Shown piece after piece: positions 60,690 through 64,000 of a stretch of 64,000 bases of DNA. The notes below the pieces were generated by a model, which saw only the letters and a program-made list of their open reading frames with translations, was not told where the DNA came from and ran no database searches. This DNA comes from Gammaproteobacteria bacterium (GTDB lineage Bacteria; Pseudomonadota; Gammaproteobacteria; UBA4575). Where the stretch lies: positions 685,628 to 749,627 of the forward strand of contig OZ244982.1 of assembly GCA_965223115.1 (NCBI GenBank), read 5' to 3'. Position 1 is the first letter of the stretch; each line of letters starts with the position of its first letter. A program made the translations under genes and the position numbers.

Positions 60690-63455
60690 CTATTGCTGGG
60701 ATTCTACGCGTTCGACTTTTAATGCACAAAATTTGAATTCAGGAATTTTTCCAAATGGATCAAGGGCTTCATTGGTTAATAAATTGGCAGCAGCTTCACG
60801 GTAGCAGAAGGGCATAAATACTTGACCATCATTTAAGGCGTTGTCAGCGCGTGCAAAACATTCAATATTACCGCGGCGAGAACTTAATCTTATTTTATCC
60901 CCCGCTTCAGCTCCGATGTTTTGTAAATCATCTGGATGCATGCTTGCTACAGGCACTGGTTCTATTGCATCAAGTATAGTGGCGCGTCTTGTCATCGCTC
61001 CAGTATGCCAATGTTCTAATTGACGCCCTGTGATAAGCACATAGGGATATTCTTCGTTAGGTAATTCGTCTGCGTTTGTAAATTTTGCCGGGACAAACTT
61101 ACCTAATCCATTTTCAGTAGGAAAATTTTCTACAAATATGATGCTTTCCCCAGGGTCACCTTCATTTTCACAAGGATAAGTGACGGAATCCTCCTGTTCT
61201 AAGCGTTCCCATGATAAGCCTTTAATACTATCCATACCTTGCTGCATTTCTTTGTACACATCTGATGGATAGTGATATTTCCAATGCGACAATCCCATAC
61301 GTTTTGCAATTTCTTGAACAATCCATAAATCTTGTTTGGCTTTACCAGGCGGCATTATGGCTTGACGACCTAACTGCACTCGACGGTCTGTGTTTGTAAA
61401 TGTGCCGGTTTTTTCTGGAAATGCAGAGGCAGGTAAAAGTACATCAGCAAACCATGCGGTTTCTGTCATAAAAATTTCTTGGACGACTAAGTGTTTAAGA
61501 GAGGCTAAGGCTTTACGCGCATGATTTAAATTAGGATCAGACATAGCAGGATTCTCACCCATGATATACATACCGTGTAAATCACCATCGGTAACGGCAT
61601 GCATGATTTCAACAACGGTGAGTCCTGGTTTGTTATCTAATGTTGTATCCCATAGCTTTTCAAAACGGGTATGTGCATCTGGGTTATCTACCCGTTGGTA
61701 ATCAGGGAAGACCATAGGAATGAGCCCTACATCTGATGCACCCTGAACATTATTTTGCCCTCGTAATGGGTGTAAACCTGTACCCGGACGGCTAATCTGC
61801 CCTGTCATCATTGATAAGGCAATTAAGCAACGTGCATTGTCAGTACCGTGAATATGTTGTGAGACACCCATGCCCCAAAAAATAATAGAGGCCTTTGAGC
61901 TGGCATAAACCCTTGCTACTTCATTTAATGTATCTGCAGGAATGCCACAAATTTTTTCCATTTGCTCCGGAGAATAATCTTGCAAGTGCTTTGCTAAATT
62001 AATAAAGCCTTCCGTTCGGGTTTTAATAAATTCTTTATCGACTAAATCCTGTTTAATGATGGAATGCATTATTGCGTTTAACATGGCGACATCGGTATCT
62101 GGTTTAAACTGCAAAAAATATTTTGCATGTCGCGCCATTTCTGTACGCCTTGGGTCCATCACAATAAGAGTTTTGCCATTACGTACTGCATTTTTCATAA
62201 ATGTTGCTGCGACAGGATGATTTTCTGTGGTATTAGAACCAATCACTAAAATTACTTCAGCTTCATCGACATCTTCAACTTGATTAGAAACGGCTCCTGA
62301 ACCTATACCTTCTAATAAAGCCACTACAGAGGAGGCGTGACATAAACGTGTGCAGTGATCTACATTATTCGTTCTGAAACCTGTACGGACTAACTTTTGG
62401 AATAAATAAGCTTCTTCATTTGAGCCTTTTGCAGACCCAAATCCAGCTAAGGCATTTGGGCCGAGCTCATCTCTAATGTCGACTAAGCCTTTGGCAGCAA
62501 AGTCAAGTGCTTCATCCCAGCTTGCTTCACGAAAATGGTCTGAAATATTTTCATATTTTAATTCTTGTATATTTGTTGTTTTAGGTACACCTTCTTTGCG
62601 AATAAGGGGCTTGGTGAGGCGTACTTTATTATGAATATAATCAAAACCGTAACGTCCTTTAACGCATAAACGACTTTTATTGGCCGGTCCATCACGTCCT
62701 TCGACGTATATAATTTTTTCGTCTTTAATATTGTAGGTTAGTAGGCAACCAACACCACAATATGGGCAAGTCGAGTTAACTTTGCGATCTGGTTTTAGTA
62801 GTCCTACCTCGTTACTAGGCATAAGTGCACCGGTAGGGCAGGCTTGTACACATTCACCACAAGCAACACATGAACTATCGCCCATTGGGTCATCTAAATC
62901 GAACACGATTTGAGAATGCGAGCCACGCCAAGCGTAACCTATTACATCGTTATTTTGTTCTTCACGACAAGCGCGTAAACAGCGTGTACATTGAATACAG
63001 GCGTCTAAGTTAACAGCTATGGCAGGATGGGATATGTCATTCTGAGGTTGGTGTCGACATTCAAAACGAGGTAAGACAACGTCCAGCTTTTGCGACCATT
63101 GATCGAGCTCATTATTTAACGTGTATTCACGCTCCACCATATCGGATTGTAATAATTCCAGCACTAATTTTTGCGAGTGTAGCGCACGCTCATTACTGGT
63201 GTTTACGACCATGCCTTCAGTGGGGGTGCGTATGCAGGAAGGTTGTAAAACTTTTTCCCCTTCTATCTCGACCATACATGCGCGGCAATTACCATCTGCC
63301 CGCAAGCCTGGTTTGTAACATAAATGCGGAATTTCGATATTGTTTCTTTTAGCAGCCTCAAGTATGGATTCATATGGTGAGGCTTTAATTGTTTTATCGT
63401 TAAGTACAAACTCAATAGTTTGCTCTTCTTTTAAATAATCCGGATTCGCAGCCAT
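60690..63455 (-). CDS. fdhF: Formate dehydrogenase alpha subunit (Mo/W-bisPGD, N-terminal 2Fe-2S and 4Fe-4S, catalytic Cys)
   Basis: IPHLC..CRAC..SC, CIQCTRC, CVACGEC, CPYCGVGC, LCVKG, NNVDHCTRLCH, LRGQNNVQG. Confidence 0.93.
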   Translation of the reverse strand: MAANPDYLKEEQTIEFVLNDKTIKASPYESILEAAKRNNIEIPHLCYKPGLRADGNCRACMVEIEGEKVLQPSCIRTPTEGMVVNTSNERALHSQKLVLELLQSDMVEREYTLNNELDQWSQKLDVVLPRFECRHQPQNDISHPAIAVNLDACIQCTRCLRACREEQNNDVIGYAWRGSHSQIVFDLDDPMGDSSCVACGECVQACPTGALMPSNEVGLLKPDRKVNSTCPYCGVGCLLTYNIKDEKIIYVEGRDGPANKSRLCVKGRYGFDYIHNKVRLTKPLIRKEGVPKTTNIQELKYENISDHFREASWDEALDFAAKGLVDIRDELGPNALAGFGSAKGSNEEAYLFQKLVRTGFRTNNVDHCTRLCHASSVVALLEGIGSGAVSNQVEDVDEAEVILVIGSNTTENHPVAATFMKNAVRNGKTLIVMDPRRTEMARHAKYFLQFKPDTDVAMLNAIMHSIIKQDLVDKEFIKTRTEGFINLAKHLQDYSPEQMEKICGIPADTLNEVARVYASSKASIIFWGMGVSQHIHGTDNARCLIALSMMTGQISRPGTGLHPLRGQNNVQGASDVGLIPMVFPDYQRVDNPDAHTRFEKLWDTTLDNKPGLTVVEIMHAVTDGDLHGMYIMGENPAMSDPNLNHARKALASLKHLVVQEIFMTETAWFADVLLPASAFPEKTGTFTNTDRRVQLGRQAIMPPGKAKQDLWIVQEIAKRMGLSHWKYHYPSDVYKEMQQGMDSIKGLSWERLEQEDSVTYPCENEGDPGESIIFVENFPTENGLGKFVPAKFTNADELPNEEYPYVLITGRQLEHWHTGAMTRRATILDAIEPVPVASMHPDDLQNIGAEAGDKIRLSSRRGNIECFARADNALNDGQVFMPFCYREAAANLLTNEALDPFGKIPEFKFCALKVERVESQQ

Positions 63456-63460
63456 GCTAA

Positions 63461-64000
63461 TTAATTTGTTTTGTTGTTAAGTTCGTCTGGGAAATACTTA
63501 ATTACACTTTCCATAGGGTTGGGTGCCGCCTGGCCTAAGCCACAAATGGAAGCGTCACGCATTACTATAGATAAATCTTGTAATAAAGGAATATCCCAAG
63601 TTTCTTTTTCCATTAAGCCGGCTGCCTTAGCTGTACCGACACGACAGGGTGTACATTGTCCGCAGGATTCATGTTCGAAAAACCGCATAGCATTGGTTGC
63701 AGTAAGACGTGCGCTATCTTTATCTGATAAGACAATAATTGCAGCAGAGCCAATGAAGCAGCCATGTTCTTCTAGTGTTCCGAAATCTAATGGTAGGTCA
63801 CCCATCGATGCAGGCAAGATTCCTCCAGATGCTCCACCTGGGAAATAGCCATAAAATGTATGGCCTTCGAGCATGCCACCACAGTGTTCTTCTATCAGCT
63901 CATTCATACTAATGCCAGCATCTGTGACATACACCCCAGGTTTTTTTATGCGGCCACTTACTGAATAAGAGCGCATGCCTTTACGACCATTTCTTCCTTG
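63461..64000 (-). CDS. Formate dehydrogenase beta / NuoF-like NADH-binding subunit, partial
   Basis: PGGASGG, FFEHESCGQCTPCR.G, SICGLG; frame appears to continue to the right edge. Confidence 0.9.
   Translation of the reverse strand, partial: QGRNGRKGMRSYSVSGRIKKPGVYVTDAGISMNELIEEHCGGMLEGHTFYGYFPGGASGGILPASMGDLPLDFGTLEEHGCFIGSAAIIVLSDKDSARLTATNAMRFFEHESCGQCTPCRVGTAKAAGLMEKETWDIPLLQDLSIVMRDASICGLGQAAPNPMESVIKYFPDELNNKTN

Noticed and set aside
62320-62370. Selenocysteine in formate dehydrogenase
   Set aside because: The active-site segment reads HCTRLCH with Cys codons and the ORF has no in-frame TGA.

Overview
AT-rich gammaproteobacterial chromosome segment with no rRNA, tRNA, CRISPR array or intact mobile element. 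Left to right: (1) a giant secreted protein of over 1390 aa (PQQ-type sugar dehydrogenase, two c-type hemes, carbohydrate-binding and Ig repeats) that runs off the left edge and is missing from the ORF track; (2) a complete N-methylglutamate methylamine-utilisation cluster (mgdABCD, mgsABC, gmaS, XRE-cupin regulator) with two unexpected passengers, a stand-alone B3/B4 tRNA-editing-domain gene and a receiver-less NarL/LuxR HTH gene wedged between mgsA and mgsB; (3) an accessory block with cls, patatin, two paralogous cytochromes c, OsmC, a permease, SirB2, a truncated globin, an atypical hemerythrin and two pseudogenes; (4) housekeeping genes ffs-dnaX-ybaB-recR, rsgA, orn, nadB, rpoE-rseAB-mucD-lepA, folP, tesA/ybbAP, dacB; (5) a stand-alone EF-G paralog with sigma32-like promoters and a downstream trypsin-like protease; (6) a DUF2868/DUF3482-GTPase pair, a secreted protein with nine tandem propeller repeats, a Sel1 protein and an NAD-linked formate dehydrogenase. 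Best leads: a possible tRNA deacylase guarding against methylated Glu/Gln intermediates, a candidate nine-bladed beta-propeller, and three genes that appear to start at ATT/ATC. All family calls come from motif recognition by eye, not database searches.
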